A program made the position numbers and the translations under genes. The notes below the pieces were generated by a model. The model was not told the origin of the DNA. It did no database searches and saw only the letters and a list, made by a program, of their open reading frames with translations. Of a DNA stretch of 61,529 nucleotides, positions 29,395 through 39,469 are shown in pieces. Position 1 is the first letter of the stretch; each line of letters starts with the position of its first letter. Where the stretch lies: the IMG/VR virus record IMGVR_UViG_3300025632_000015, positions 1-61,529 of that record; one strand, written 5' to 3'. Source of the DNA: a virus (taxonomy: Duplodnaviria; Caudoviricetes).

Positions 29395-30996
29395 ATGGCA
29401 TTATTCGATTACGATAGAGACGCACTAAAGCCGTCTATAATTTCGGCTCATGGTCTTAGACGTGAAGTGCAACGTAAAGGCGCATCTGGCGGTCAGCAAC
29501 AACGCCAAGAACAGAAGCAAAATAACATGCGTATCTTACAAAATGTAACATCTAACATATACAATTATGGATCTGGTGGAAATGCTAACACTACTGAAAT
29601 AGAACTAAGAACTGACAAGTTTAGAAACTTAAATATAGACAGTGGTGAAACACTAGAGATACTTGCTAAGAAAGGTGCGGGTCTCCTTCATGGTCTAGAA
29701 GTAGTAATAGATAATCCCTATGGGGCAGTATACCTAGAGATAGATGGATATAAGAATACTACAGATGGTATAGGTGAAACTCCAGCGGAGTTATTACTCA
29801 ATAATAGAACTACTAGAGTAGATGGACAATTCTATGTTAAGAGCGTTGCAACAGATGGAACATTTACTATGCTTTATACACCAACAAAACCAGAACCTTA
29901 CACAGAACAATTAAGAATAATGGTCTCTAACAGAATCAAACCATCAAGAGATGTTTTCGGACACAGTTTGAATTATACAAGTAGAGGTGGTATACCTACA
30001 CCGATTAAAACTGACTTCATGGGCGGTGGTTCTTACGTTCACACTGGACTAAAAGAAGCAAGTTTAGATACTCTAGCTTCGGCAATGGCAAAACCTATCG
30101 GCTCATCAGTCTACTCTGTTGACGATACTTATAACCAAGCAGTTTTTGATTCAAACAGCCACTTAATTGGTACAGGTCATCCATATCAAGGTCAGGCAGG
30201 TAAACCAATATTCACATTGAACGCGGAGTTCGATGGGACAACAGCAACAGTAGAGTTCGCAACAGTTGCTACGACTGGAGAAGATGCCAGCGCAGTAGCA
30301 GGTCCAGCATTAGGTAGTTCAGGTAATTTCCCAGGAACACCAGCCGCTCCGTCACATCAGAATGTATTCATTTACAAAGACACATCAAAAGATGTGACAG
30401 AAGTTGCGACACTTAATTTCGATGAAGCTACGGGTATTTTGCTTAATGAGTCCAACATCGGTGCAGACGCACAAACAACACTAACGGTTGACACAGTAGA
30501 TGCCACAACCAAGTTCGATGTCGGAGATGTTGTCCTTGATAACACAGGACAGAAGATAGGAATCGTGGAGGCTGTGACAGCAACCCTGATTACGCTCACT
30601 GCAAACAATATCGTAGCCGTCGACAACAATGAAAATCTAAGGAGAAAGTCCACGAGCATTCCAAAGGTCGGAGATAGAATATACTTTAGAAATAAAGGAA
30701 CTGTATACTTTCCAGGAATCGTACAAAACATTTTCCGATACAATCGTTCCGGCGACACAGGAGCAGACGGATGGACAAGTGAGACTACAGCAGCCTATGG
30801 AGACTCAACTGGAGCACATTGCTTCCAAGTGTCACCAGGACTTAGAGCGGCGGCATCAGTATTTACCAAAACATCAACCGATAGTAATGAAACTATTTCA
30901 ATGGGAGTAGTGACTTCAAACGCAGACAACAATCCTAAACTAAATGTAAAAGGATTATTCATCAAAAGACAGACAGTTATCGGATCGGAGACTTAA
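29395..30996 (+). CDS. Putative vertex/spike structural protein
   Basis: Thr/Gly/Val-rich beta protein with an internal inserted beta-module (TLTVDTVDATTKFDVGD...). Confidence 0.5.
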   Translation: MALFDYDRDALKPSIISAHGLRREVQRKGASGGQQQRQEQKQNNMRILQNVTSNIYNYGSGGNANTTEIELRTDKFRNLNIDSGETLEILAKKGAGLLHGLEVVIDNPYGAVYLEIDGYKNTTDGIGETPAELLLNNRTTRVDGQFYVKSVATDGTFTMLYTPTKPEPYTEQLRIMVSNRIKPSRDVFGHSLNYTSRGGIPTPIKTDFMGGGSYVHTGLKEASLDTLASAMAKPIGSSVYSVDDTYNQAVFDSNSHLIGTGHPYQGQAGKPIFTLNAEFDGTTATVEFATVATTGEDASAVAGPALGSSGNFPGTPAAPSHQNVFIYKDTSKDVTEVATLNFDEATGILLNESNIGADAQTTLTVDTVDATTKFDVGDVVLDNTGQKIGIVEAVTATLITLTANNIVAVDNNENLRRKSTSIPKVGDRIYFRNKGTVYFPGIVQNIFRYNRSGDTGADGWTSETTAAYGDSTGAHCFQVSPGLRAAASVFTKTSTDSNETISMGVVTSNADNNPKLNVKGLFIKRQTVIGSET

Positions 30997-30998
30997 GT

Positions 30999-31403
30999 AT
31001 GAAACTAGGAAAAAAGGTTATGAAATTCGCAGACGACTACCCTCTTGCAGTGTTAGCATTAGGTACGGTTGGAATAATGTATGCTTTTGAAAACGTAGGA
31101 CAAATCAATGGGCTAGGACAAGCAACATTCAAGACTAGTGGTAGCGATATGGATACTCTTTTCCACAAAACCGGACATACAGGAACAGCAGCACCAGGAA
31201 CAGGAAGATGGGACACAGTAATGCCTTCTCCATCCGGTCCACAAGTTCGCTATGATGCAGAGTATCATACACAACCTATAATGATGGATCCAGAATTAGA
31301 AAGAACTTTAGCAGAAAGAGGCAAAAGACCTGTTGTGCAAAGTCCATCAATTAGACATGGGTACGAACCAACAATCTTTGCAGGTATGAGACAAACACTG
31401 TGA
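30999..31403 (+). CDS. Small membrane protein
   Basis: Basic N-terminus, one TM segment, then INGLG. Confidence 0.7.
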   Translation: MKLGKKVMKFADDYPLAVLALGTVGIMYAFENVGQINGLGQATFKTSGSDMDTLFHKTGHTGTAAPGTGRWDTVMPSPSGPQVRYDAEYHTQPIMMDPELERTLAERGKRPVVQSPSIRHGYEPTIFAGMRQTL

Positions 31404-31413
31404 GGCTTAAGTA

Positions 31414-31794
31414 ATGTTTACGTGGGATTCAGCGAAACGCCAACTAAAAGCGGCTGGTCCTTGGGGAATCACTGGTGCTTTTATTGGCAGCACAGGATTC
31501 GTAATTTTTGAATATTTAGACGGCAGTAGGTTGAGTATGTCGACTGTACTATTAGGTGCTGGCGTAGGTAGCTTAGTTGGTACTGGTATGGGTATGTTAA
31601 TCAACGCTGCGAGAGACCAAAGAATAGAAAATTACACGGTTGTAGCACCTGTTATAGCAACAGGCGTAACAATGGGCGCACTCAAAGCATACCCAGGTAC
31701 ACGTGGTATGTCAAACAAATCACTTATATCTGCTGGCCTAGTCGGTGGTACAGTCGGTTTGACACTAGGTGGAAGTATCGATTACTTAACATGA
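31414..31794 (+). CDS. Gly-rich 4-TM membrane protein
   Basis: Four GxxxG-rich hydrophobic segments. Confidence 0.7.
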   Translation: MFTWDSAKRQLKAAGPWGITGAFIGSTGFVIFEYLDGSRLSMSTVLLGAGVGSLVGTGMGMLINAARDQRIENYTVVAPVIATGVTMGALKAYPGTRGMSNKSLISAGLVGGTVGLTLGGSIDYLT

Positions 31795-31803
31795 GGAATT
31801 ATA

Positions 31804-32070
31804 ATGAAGTTACAAAGAAAAATAAAAACGTTCTATAAAAGAAACACCATGTTATCTATAGGTTTAGTTGGCGCTGCGGCGTACATGTATCTACAGAGAC
31901 AAGGAATGATGACAAGCCTTGCACCAGTACCTGTCAAAGCAACGACAAGTAGCGCACCGGTAGCAAGATATGCATACGATGCATACCCTCCGATTAGGAA
32001 TGAACCATACACAAATGCTTCACACTTCTTCGGACCTGCTGACGGAGACCCCGTCTTCTACGGATTCTGA
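31804..32070 (+). CDS. Small membrane protein
   Basis: Basic N-terminus and one TM segment; GAGG SD. Confidence 0.7.
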   Translation: MKLQRKIKTFYKRNTMLSIGLVGAAAYMYLQRQGMMTSLAPVPVKATTSSAPVARYAYDAYPPIRNEPYTNASHFFGPADGDPVFYGF

Positions 32071-32080
32071 GGTTTTTAGA

Positions 32081-32422
32081 ATGTCAGGATGGTACGGATC
32101 TATGAATATGGGTGACTTAGGTCATCCCCACATGAGCGATGGAGATTTCTTTAGGGCTCACGACATGGCTCAAGAAGACCCAGGTGCTACAATCAACAAG
32201 CTTCACCCAATGCAATACGACAAGATGTCAGAAGCCGGTAAGAAAGCGGCAATGGGATTAGTTGTCGGTGCGATCGTCGGTGGAGTCCTTTTACAAGTTG
32301 GACCTTACAAGAAAATGATGACAAAGCAGAAGTCCTGGCAAGCTGCCGCAATAGGTGCGGCAGTAGCAGTTCCACTAATCGCTGTGTCCGGATCTTGGGC
32401 TCCTTCAAGGAAAGGAATGTGA
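32081..32422 (+). CDS. Small 2-TM membrane protein
   Basis: ATG at 32081 follows GAGGT. It starts MSGWYG (compare MSGWFG at 54439) and has two TM segments. Confidence 0.7.
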   Translation: MSGWYGSMNMGDLGHPHMSDGDFFRAHDMAQEDPGATINKLHPMQYDKMSEAGKKAAMGLVVGAIVGGVLLQVGPYKKMMTKQKSWQAAAIGAAVAVPLIAVSGSWAPSRKGM

Positions 32423-32426
32423 TTAA

Positions 32427-32669
32427 ATGAGCTATTTCGGAAACGGAATCGGAGAAATCACCGCACCAAAAGTAGCGGCTAGTACAGTAATAATTACTGG
32501 TGCAGTAGTTGCATTCGCTGTGGGCGGTGTAATGCAAGCATTAGCTGATGGTTATTTCTTAGGTCGAGCACAGAAGAAAGGTGTTACTTACAAAACTATA
32601 GCAAAGAGAAATGCTGTGCTAGGTGGCGCACTAGGTGCAGTAGCGGCTGCAGGAATTTTATCGGCGTGA
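32427..32669 (+). CDS. Small 2-TM membrane protein
   Basis: Two Ala/Gly/Val-rich hydrophobic segments. Confidence 0.7.
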   Translation: MSYFGNGIGEITAPKVAASTVIITGAVVAFAVGGVMQALADGYFLGRAQKKGVTYKTIAKRNAVLGGALGAVAAAGILSA

Positions 32670-32673
32670 TTAT

Positions 32674-32841
32674 ATGGGAATACAGAAAGACGCTAAAGGT
32701 GCTTGGAAAGATTCCAAAAAGTTTGCAAACAAACATCCAGTTGTATCTATATTAGTCGGTGGTGCAGTAGCATTCACAGCACTAAACATTTATTTTACTA
32801 GTTACATAATGACGAGCGCATTTGAGAAGGTGAATCAATAA
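32674..32841 (+). CDS. Small membrane protein (55 aa, not in ORF track)
   Basis: MGIQKDAKGAWKDSKKFANKHPVVSILVGGAVAF... fills the gap exactly, and its stop overlaps the next ATG. Confidence 0.65.
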   Translation: MGIQKDAKGAWKDSKKFANKHPVVSILVGGAVAFTALNIYFTSYIMTSAFEKVNQ

Positions 32842-33716
32842 TGGCTAGAAAGAAAGGGATTGTTTCTGGATTAAAAAAGTATGGTAATAACCACCCATAC
32901 GTCACGCTAGCACTTGCTGGAACTTTCGGATACTACTTCTATGATAGTATGAAGCGTGGTGTATCTATACTACCATCTTCTTCTTCTGCATCATACACAT
33001 CTTCCTCTACTCCTATGAGTGATGAGGCATTTGCATTAATGATGGATGATATAGCCAGAATAGACGGAGTTTACAGAGTAAGATATGGAGCAAACTTCTC
33101 TAGTCCAAGTGTCACTACCGATATGGATCAAAGAAGTGCACAGATAATTAAGGCCAATTTAGACGATGCACTCAACTCCAGAGCAGCAATGTCATCAGCA
33201 CAAGTAGCAAAGTTAGAGGCTCTAAATACATTAATGACCAACGCATATCCAGTTGACTCAAACGGATTCAGAAGAATAAATGGACTAGGTGCAACAACTT
33301 CAACTTCAACCACATCATCATCTTCACACAGGATGCCGGGACCAGGCGATGGCGAGACGTCTATGTATATCGACCCTACAAAATCAGGACTGTTCGGAAT
33401 GGGTGCCGCAAAGAATCCACCATCTCACTTGATGTTTGATAAAGCACAAGGTCTGGGTGCGTGTCACAACTGTGGCGCAAGAAGTAACCCACACTGTCAC
33501 TGTGGTGGTTCACATGGTGTGAATGGTTTCTCACCTTCTGCTCGTAGAAGAGTAGGTCATGCTGGAATTGGTATGGCATCAGAATCTTACGAGGCAACAT
33601 TAGACACACAGTTTGAAAACCGTGAAGCAATGATGATGGGCGACTTAAAGAAACACCAAGATATTCTCGGCTTCTCAGGGCTAGCACCCTTAGCAGGCGG
33701 AGACTGGTACGAATGA
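32841..33716 (+). CDS. Membrane-anchored protein with multiple xGLG motifs and a Cys/His cluster
   Basis: N-terminal TM. Contains INGLG, LFGMG and AQGLG, plus CHNC...HCHC. Confidence 0.7.
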   Translation: MARKKGIVSGLKKYGNNHPYVTLALAGTFGYYFYDSMKRGVSILPSSSSASYTSSSTPMSDEAFALMMDDIARIDGVYRVRYGANFSSPSVTTDMDQRSAQIIKANLDDALNSRAAMSSAQVAKLEALNTLMTNAYPVDSNGFRRINGLGATTSTSTTSSSSHRMPGPGDGETSMYIDPTKSGLFGMGAAKNPPSHLMFDKAQGLGACHNCGARSNPHCHCGGSHGVNGFSPSARRRVGHAGIGMASESYEATLDTQFENREAMMMGDLKKHQDILGFSGLAPLAGGDWYE

Positions 33717-34108
33717 TGCATAAGCACGCTCGCAAAGTTCCACGATACCATCCTGATTTAGATTGGGAAAGTCGTACGTTAAGTAATGATTTTATTGACA
33801 TAAATCGCATGGCTTTGGACGATAGTTTTAGTGGAAAGAATGCAGCACCGCTAAGTAAGCGTAGAAATGGTATTGGTTATACAGATAATAAAACACCAGG
33901 ATTATTCGGACTTGGGGCAATAGCGTCAAATGAAGATCCTAGAAAGACTTTTCTAATGGGAAGTTTAGTTGCGGTTGGTACATACACAATCATTGACTGG
34001 GCTACGCACGAGCCAAATCAAACTAAATTTAAAAGAATGATAAAAAGAACGCCAGGCTCCCTAATAGTGGGAGCTTTGGCGCTCAGCTTGTTTAGTACAA
34101 GTTCTTAA
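33713..34108 (+). CDS. Small membrane protein
   Basis: LFGLG followed by two hydrophobic segments. Confidence 0.7.
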   Translation: MMHKHARKVPRYHPDLDWESRTLSNDFIDINRMALDDSFSGKNAAPLSKRRNGIGYTDNKTPGLFGLGAIASNEDPRKTFLMGSLVAVGTYTIIDWATHEPNQTKFKRMIKRTPGSLIVGALALSLFSTSS

Positions 34109-34300
34109 TCATTCATTAAGATTAGATTCTAAAAGGATTGCAGAATTTAAAAGAGCGGCTACGCCTTCTTCTAATTCATGATTACTTACTGCTTGAGCAA
34201 GATTCACTTCTTTCCCTAATAGGTCTACCTTAATTGTTACCATTGTTGTTTTATCTTCACGCATAGTGTCACCTTCCGGTAATCTATAGATTACTTGCAC
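34109..34300 (-). CDS. Small hypothetical protein
   Basis: Last ORF of a minus-strand four-gene block. Confidence 0.45.
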   Translation of the reverse strand: MQVIYRLPEGDTMREDKTTMVTIKVDLLGKEVNLAQAVSNHELEEGVAALLNSAILLESNLNE

Positions 34301-34313
34301 TTATACTTATAGG

Positions 34314-34898
34314 TTATGATTCTAGTGTGTCTCTGAACTTGGGTAATTTTTTCTCTTCTTTAGTAGGAACCCACTCTAGTTTCCCCTGACCTTGCGTTTT
34401 TTCCTTGGTAATCCTACGTTCTGCACGGTGTCCTTTGCCATAAAGTTCGTCTTCTTTCTTATACTTGTCTAAACCACCACGAAGACCTACTGCTTGCTCG
34501 TTTGACCAAGCAATTGCGTGCTCTTGATTATCGGTTTGCTCTAGTTTTCTTTTGAAGCCAAAAACTTCATCCCACGGCTCTCCTAAACAAACGTGATTTT
34601 GTACAACGTGCGACCAGCCACAACTTTCACACTCGACTTTGAATAGATGATTCCATGGTTGCGTATCACCTCTAGCACCAGTACGCTTGCTTTCAATGAC
34701 GACTTTGTGAAACATTTTAGTTTCTGGATAATCGCACATTGGGCAATGAAGTGGTTCGCCAGTATTAGGATGAAGCATTACTTCTCCATCAAGGTTTATT
34801 TTCTTGTCAGCAATGTCACTACAGATAGGGCACTTACGCCTACTATCCCATTCATTCGCTGTAATCTTCTCGTCTGCCAACGTCCATCTCTCCTGCAC
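34314..34898 (-). CDS. Zinc-ribbon protein
   Basis: CPIC, CPMC and CESC pairs. Confidence 0.65.
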   Translation of the reverse strand: MQERWTLADEKITANEWDSRRKCPICSDIADKKINLDGEVMLHPNTGEPLHCPMCDYPETKMFHKVVIESKRTGARGDTQPWNHLFKVECESCGWSHVVQNHVCLGEPWDEVFGFKRKLEQTDNQEHAIAWSNEQAVGLRGGLDKYKKEDELYGKGHRAERRITKEKTQGQGKLEWVPTKEEKKLPKFRDTLES

Positions 34899-35094
34899 CG
34901 CCGTCTAGTGAGTCGAACATTGCATTCATCAATGCCGACATCGCAAGGAAGCATACTCCTCTTGGATCTCCATCATATTGAATGGCTAATAAACCTGCTG
35001 AACTACCCGCCGCGAATATAAAATCCTCTACACCAAGTTCCTTAAGTTCTTGAGCAAAAGCGTTAACTTTTGCCATAACCATCTCATCGCTCAT
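34852..35094 (-). CDS. Small acidic hypothetical protein
   Basis: ATG at 35094 overlaps the upstream stop and is preceded by GGAG. Confidence 0.55.
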   Translation of the reverse strand: MSDEMVMAKVNAFAQELKELGVEDFIFAAGSSAGLLAIQYDGDPRGVCFLAMSALMNAMFDSLDGGAGEMDVGRREDYSE

Positions 35095-35504
35095 TGATTT
35101 ACTGACTCCTTCATTATAGATATCAAGTATCGCATTGCCTTCAGTTCGACAGGGAAGTCGTAAGCACGACATATCTCTGTTATCATTTGTATTTTAGAAA
35201 AGTAAGTTTGTGGACTTGCTTCCCACTTTTGGTAATCTTTCAACATCATTTCTTTGACTTCTTTATGTCTTTTCGACCAACAAGAATGACAAGCAACAAC
35301 TGCTTCTGTTACCTTTCTTATTTTAGTAACTTCTTGGGTTTCTTCCCATGCAGTATTGGCATAATCGTCAGATCTACCTACGACAACTTCGCTATTATAT
35401 TCTTCATATTTTGCCTTCTCAAGAACATGGCTTCTGGTGTCTCTACTACATGTGATGCATCTACCATAAACTGTCGCAACATCATCTCTTTCAAACAAGG
35501 CCAT
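35091..35504 (-). CDS. Zinc-binding hypothetical protein
   Basis: CITC ... CHSC. Confidence 0.6.
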   Translation of the reverse strand: MALFERDDVATVYGRCITCSRDTRSHVLEKAKYEEYNSEVVVGRSDDYANTAWEETQEVTKIRKVTEAVVACHSCWSKRHKEVKEMMLKDYQKWEASPQTYFSKIQMITEICRAYDFPVELKAMRYLISIMKESVNQ

Positions 35505-35575
35505 GTATTTACGGTGCTTGCTTTGTAACTTAAGTGATGCGGAATCCTTTTGATTAAGAGTAAGCTGGACAGTAT

Positions 35576-36004
35576 GTGGCGCAGGGAAACGACTCAGACA
35601 AGAGCCAAGTACACGGTACTACTGGTTCCGGTAATATTTTACCTATATCTGCAATTACGCAAGAAAGTGCCACATCTTTACTTTTTACAAGACAAGGTAG
35701 AGAAGACTTTGCTGCAACCAGTCACCCTATAATGACCGTCCCTAGTCACACAATAGGAAAACAGTTACCATTATTGTGTGGATTACAAGATGTAGTAGCC
35801 CAGACAGGCTTTTTGATAACCGCTGATTCCAGTAATACCATTACCGTTATGATTGGTGGAAAGACAGTTAGCGCAACAGATGGCATACCGTTAGTTGCTG
35901 GACAATCTATAATGATAGATATAGTAAGACTATCTAAGATATATGCTATAGCAGCAACAGACCCTAGTGGTGGTACCTGTAACTTATTTTGGTTAGATAT
36001 GTGA
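35576..36004 (+). CDS. Small beta-rich structural protein (spike base/adaptor candidate)
   Basis: ITADSSNTITVMIGG...GIPLVAGQSIMID pattern. First gene of the fibre cluster. Confidence 0.55.
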   Translation: MAQGNDSDKSQVHGTTGSGNILPISAITQESATSLLFTRQGREDFAATSHPIMTVPSHTIGKQLPLLCGLQDVVAQTGFLITADSSNTITVMIGGKTVSATDGIPLVAGQSIMIDIVRLSKIYAIAATDPSGGTCNLFWLDM

Positions 36005-36008
36005 TACT

Positions 36009-37046
36009 ATGGGATATATGACAGCACCCCCAGCATTAGCCGACATAGATGGCGATGGCAGTATAGATGGCGTCTTGCGTCGAATAAAAGATGGTACTGG
36101 CTTAACAATGAGCCTTAGTCAGAATATTCTAACAATAGGAACATCCGGTGGAGTTGTTCAGTATTCAGATGGTGTGCCTTCCAATAGTAACGGTGAGGAT
36201 ACTGACATCAATATAGATTACACTAACGGTGACATATATCGTAAAGTATCCGGCGCTTGGTCTTTGTTTGAAACAATTCCCTCGGTTAAAAGATCCCGTA
36301 CATTCGTGTCGACCTACAATGTTTCTACTTGGGGTGGCGGAAAGTTTGGATTAAACTCTGGAAAGTATTATTTTTACAAAACAAGTTTTCCAGGCTGTAC
36401 AACAGTAGCACACGCAGAGGCTTATTTGGCAACAACTAGTTTTACAGTAGGTACAAGATTTATCTTTCAACGACTAGATGACCTAGACAGTATAGCAGTG
36501 TATAGAGTTACAAACTCAACTATATACACCAACGGTGATGCAGGTTACGATCATGGAACGGTTGGAACAGAACATATTGCTTTAAAATTAACAAAAGAAT
36601 CTGGAGATGATTTTAGTGCGGATGCAAAATACACTATTGCAACGACCATTCCTTTGAACTTCCTTTTCGACTCTAGCGGTAACGCTACAATATCTGCCGA
36701 CTTAACTATAAAAGAGATTATACTCACTACAGCAGCAAGTTCTACTAGCAACACTAACATAACCACAATAGACGAATGGGCTGTTGCAACTTACCGCAGC
36801 GCAAAATATGAATACCATATATCAGATACCGGTGCAGACCCAGATGAATACCAAACTGGGGAAATTATGGTAATACATGACGGTTCTAACACAAAAAATA
36901 ACTCCTATGGGGTAATCTTTACAGGCACCGCTGCACTAGGAACATTCAGTACAGACGTATCGTCAGGAAACTGTCGGCTCAGATTTACGGCAGCAAATAC
37001 AAATGCAATGACAATCAAAGTAGCAAGAAAAGCAATCAAGGTGTGA
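36009..37046 (+). CDS. Fibre/spike-associated protein
   Basis: C-terminal IDEW...YRSAKY...EIMVIHDG...LGTFS...RLRFT domain, recalled from marine phage fibre proteins. A paralogous domain ends the next gene. Confidence 0.65.
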   Translation: MGYMTAPPALADIDGDGSIDGVLRRIKDGTGLTMSLSQNILTIGTSGGVVQYSDGVPSNSNGEDTDINIDYTNGDIYRKVSGAWSLFETIPSVKRSRTFVSTYNVSTWGGGKFGLNSGKYYFYKTSFPGCTTVAHAEAYLATTSFTVGTRFIFQRLDDLDSIAVYRVTNSTIYTNGDAGYDHGTVGTEHIALKLTKESGDDFSADAKYTIATTIPLNFLFDSSGNATISADLTIKEIILTTAASSTSNTNITTIDEWAVATYRSAKYEYHISDTGADPDEYQTGEIMVIHDGSNTKNNSYGVIFTGTAALGTFSTDVSSGNCRLRFTAANTNAMTIKVARKAIKV

Positions 37047-37049
37047 TAA

Positions 37050-39425
37050 ATGGCAAACGAATTCCGTGTAAAGAATGGTCTTATTGTCGATGAAACATCT
37101 TCTGGTGCTGGTGTTCTTACGATTGCCGACGGTGATATTGCTAACGACGATGGTTCTATCGCAATAACAGTTGTTGATGGCCAGTCCGTAACGATAGGTA
37201 AAGAAGGCGATCACGCTAACATCATTGTCACTCCTCATGGTACTGCTGGAAGCGAATTAATTACCCTATTGAATACATCAGGTACCGATGCTGCCGCAAT
37301 TAAATTGAATGCTGTAGCAGGTGGAATAGATGTTGACGCGGTAAAAGGTCTAACCTTAACAAATGCCTCTGCTGCTGGGGGAGATGACATCACTATTCAA
37401 CAAACAGGTGGCAACGATTCTTCAATCCACATATTAGCAGCAGGAACAGGTACAGATGCGATCAATATTTCTGCCACTGCTGGAGATATGCTAATTGGTA
37501 CGGCCTTACTCAATGCTAAGACTCTGAAAATCGGACCTGCTTCAGCTACGCAAATGATTTTCGCACCACACGGTACTGCTGGAAGCGAGAAGATAACTTT
37601 AACTAACACATCAGGGACTGGTTCAGACGCAATTAAAATCGAGTCTACAGCGGGTGGTATGACACTGACCACAACGACCAATGGAGTCACTATTAATGGT
37701 GGTGGTTTGTATCTTAAAGAACAATCTGCTGCTGCTGCCGACAGAACCTCTTTCGGACAATTGTGGGTTGACGATGCGGAGCCCAACGAATTATACTTTA
37801 CAAATGATGCAGGAACTGACATTCAATTAACAAGTGGTAATACAACACCAAGTGGACCAATAACCGCATTAAATGATGCTACAGCAAATGAATTAGTCAC
37901 TGTTGGTAGTACGACAACCGAATTAGATGCACAGTCTCTCCTCACTTTCGCTAGTGCTACGCTCAATGTTGGTGCTGCTGGCAACGGTGCTGACCTACTA
38001 CTACACTCTGCTACTGCTGCTCATGTTGGTCTGAAATGGGACCACGATGCCGATACCAATGGGACATTAACTGGTGGGGCAGACGATCACGGTGTTGATT
38101 TCAAATTCTTTGGTGAAACTGCTGGGAAGTATATACAATGGGATATGTCTGGCGACGAACTTGTTTTGGCTTCATCAGCAAAAATCTCTTTCCATGACGC
38201 AGCAGGTGGTGAAAACATTGTTGCTTCGGCAGACGGGCACTTGGAGATTAATGCTGGTACGACTTTGGATATGACCTCTGCCACAATTGACATCAACGGC
38301 ACAACAGAAGTACAAGTTGATACTGCTACATTTGACGTTAATGGAACAACAGCAGTCACTATTGATTGTTCTAACACCACGAATGGAGTAACAATTGGTA
38401 CCGCAACAAGCGGTGTACCGATCACAATAGGTCACGGCACTTCCGAAGTTACAGTAGGAGACAATTTGACTGTTTCAGGTGATTTAATCGTATCAGGAAC
38501 TACTACCACTGTTCATGTCGAAACCACAACGACTTCGAGTGGTGTTATTTTCGAAGGCACTACTGGAGACGGTCACGATGGAACACTCAAGTCAGTTGTT
38601 GCAGGTGCAGATGTAACCTATACGTTACCAAACGTTACTGGTCACGTTGCCTTATTCGCTGCAGATCCAAGCACGACAACAATATCTGCAACCCCGGCAG
38701 AGTTAAATTTACTAGATACTGCTGTTGCAAACACCGTAGTAAACTCCAAAGCAGTTATTTATGGAAGTTCTGGTGAAATAGCAGGAACACTAAGTACTGC
38801 CGCACAAGCCAACATTACTAGCGTTGGTACTCTAGGTTCTTTGACTATTGACGATGTTGCCATTGATGGAAAAGTCATAACAATGACTGGCTCTTCAAGC
38901 GACACCGTAACAATGACAGCAGCAACCAACGGTGAATTTACTCTCGCAACAGTCGATGCCGGCGGTGCAGCAGCCCACATGAACCTAGATGCTGACGGAA
39001 AGATTGTTCTCAACACAGCAGATGACGAACACGTCGTATTCGAACAAGCAGGTGTAGACTTCTTAGCAATCGGACAAGGAACAGTAGCCATAGCAAACAT
39101 TGAAGATTCTGCTGGAGCAACAGTTGTTGATACTTGGGACGCAAGTGTCTACACGGCAGTAAAATATCTGCTAGTAGTCGAAAATGTAACAAACTCCAAT
39201 CAAAGAATGGCCGTAGAGATGTTTGTGATGGGAGATGACGAACCAACCAACTCTGCTGCATACTCTACGACTTATGCTGTTTTATTCGATGCAGAAATTG
39301 GTGTATTCTCAGCAGCAGGAAGAAGCAGTTCTGACTTAATAGACTTAAAATATACACCTACCGCAACAGGCGGTACGGTGAATCATAAAGTAAGGGTGGT
39401 GGCACAAAGAATAGCATCAATATGA
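37050..39425 (+). CDS. Fibre/spike protein
   Basis: Starts MANEFRVKNG. Thr/Gly/Ala-rich, with an internal repeat PHGTAGSE.ITL.NTSGT (x2). C-terminal domain is paralogous to that of the 36009 gene. Confidence 0.75.
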   Translation: MANEFRVKNGLIVDETSSGAGVLTIADGDIANDDGSIAITVVDGQSVTIGKEGDHANIIVTPHGTAGSELITLLNTSGTDAAAIKLNAVAGGIDVDAVKGLTLTNASAAGGDDITIQQTGGNDSSIHILAAGTGTDAINISATAGDMLIGTALLNAKTLKIGPASATQMIFAPHGTAGSEKITLTNTSGTGSDAIKIESTAGGMTLTTTTNGVTINGGGLYLKEQSAAAADRTSFGQLWVDDAEPNELYFTNDAGTDIQLTSGNTTPSGPITALNDATANELVTVGSTTTELDAQSLLTFASATLNVGAAGNGADLLLHSATAAHVGLKWDHDADTNGTLTGGADDHGVDFKFFGETAGKYIQWDMSGDELVLASSAKISFHDAAGGENIVASADGHLEINAGTTLDMTSATIDINGTTEVQVDTATFDVNGTTAVTIDCSNTTNGVTIGTATSGVPITIGHGTSEVTVGDNLTVSGDLIVSGTTTTVHVETTTTSSGVIFEGTTGDGHDGTLKSVVAGADVTYTLPNVTGHVALFAADPSTTTISATPAELNLLDTAVANTVVNSKAVIYGSSGEIAGTLSTAAQANITSVGTLGSLTIDDVAIDGKVITMTGSSSDTVTMTAATNGEFTLATVDAGGAAAHMNLDADGKIVLNTADDEHVVFEQAGVDFLAIGQGTVAIANIEDSAGATVVDTWDASVYTAVKYLLVVENVTNSNQRMAVEMFVMGDDEPTNSAAYSTTYAVLFDAEIGVFSAAGRSSSDLIDLKYTPTATGGTVNHKVRVVAQRIASI

Positions 39426-39469
39426 TGTTAATGTGTTAAAACCCTTGCACTGGGGAAAGTGAACCGTGC

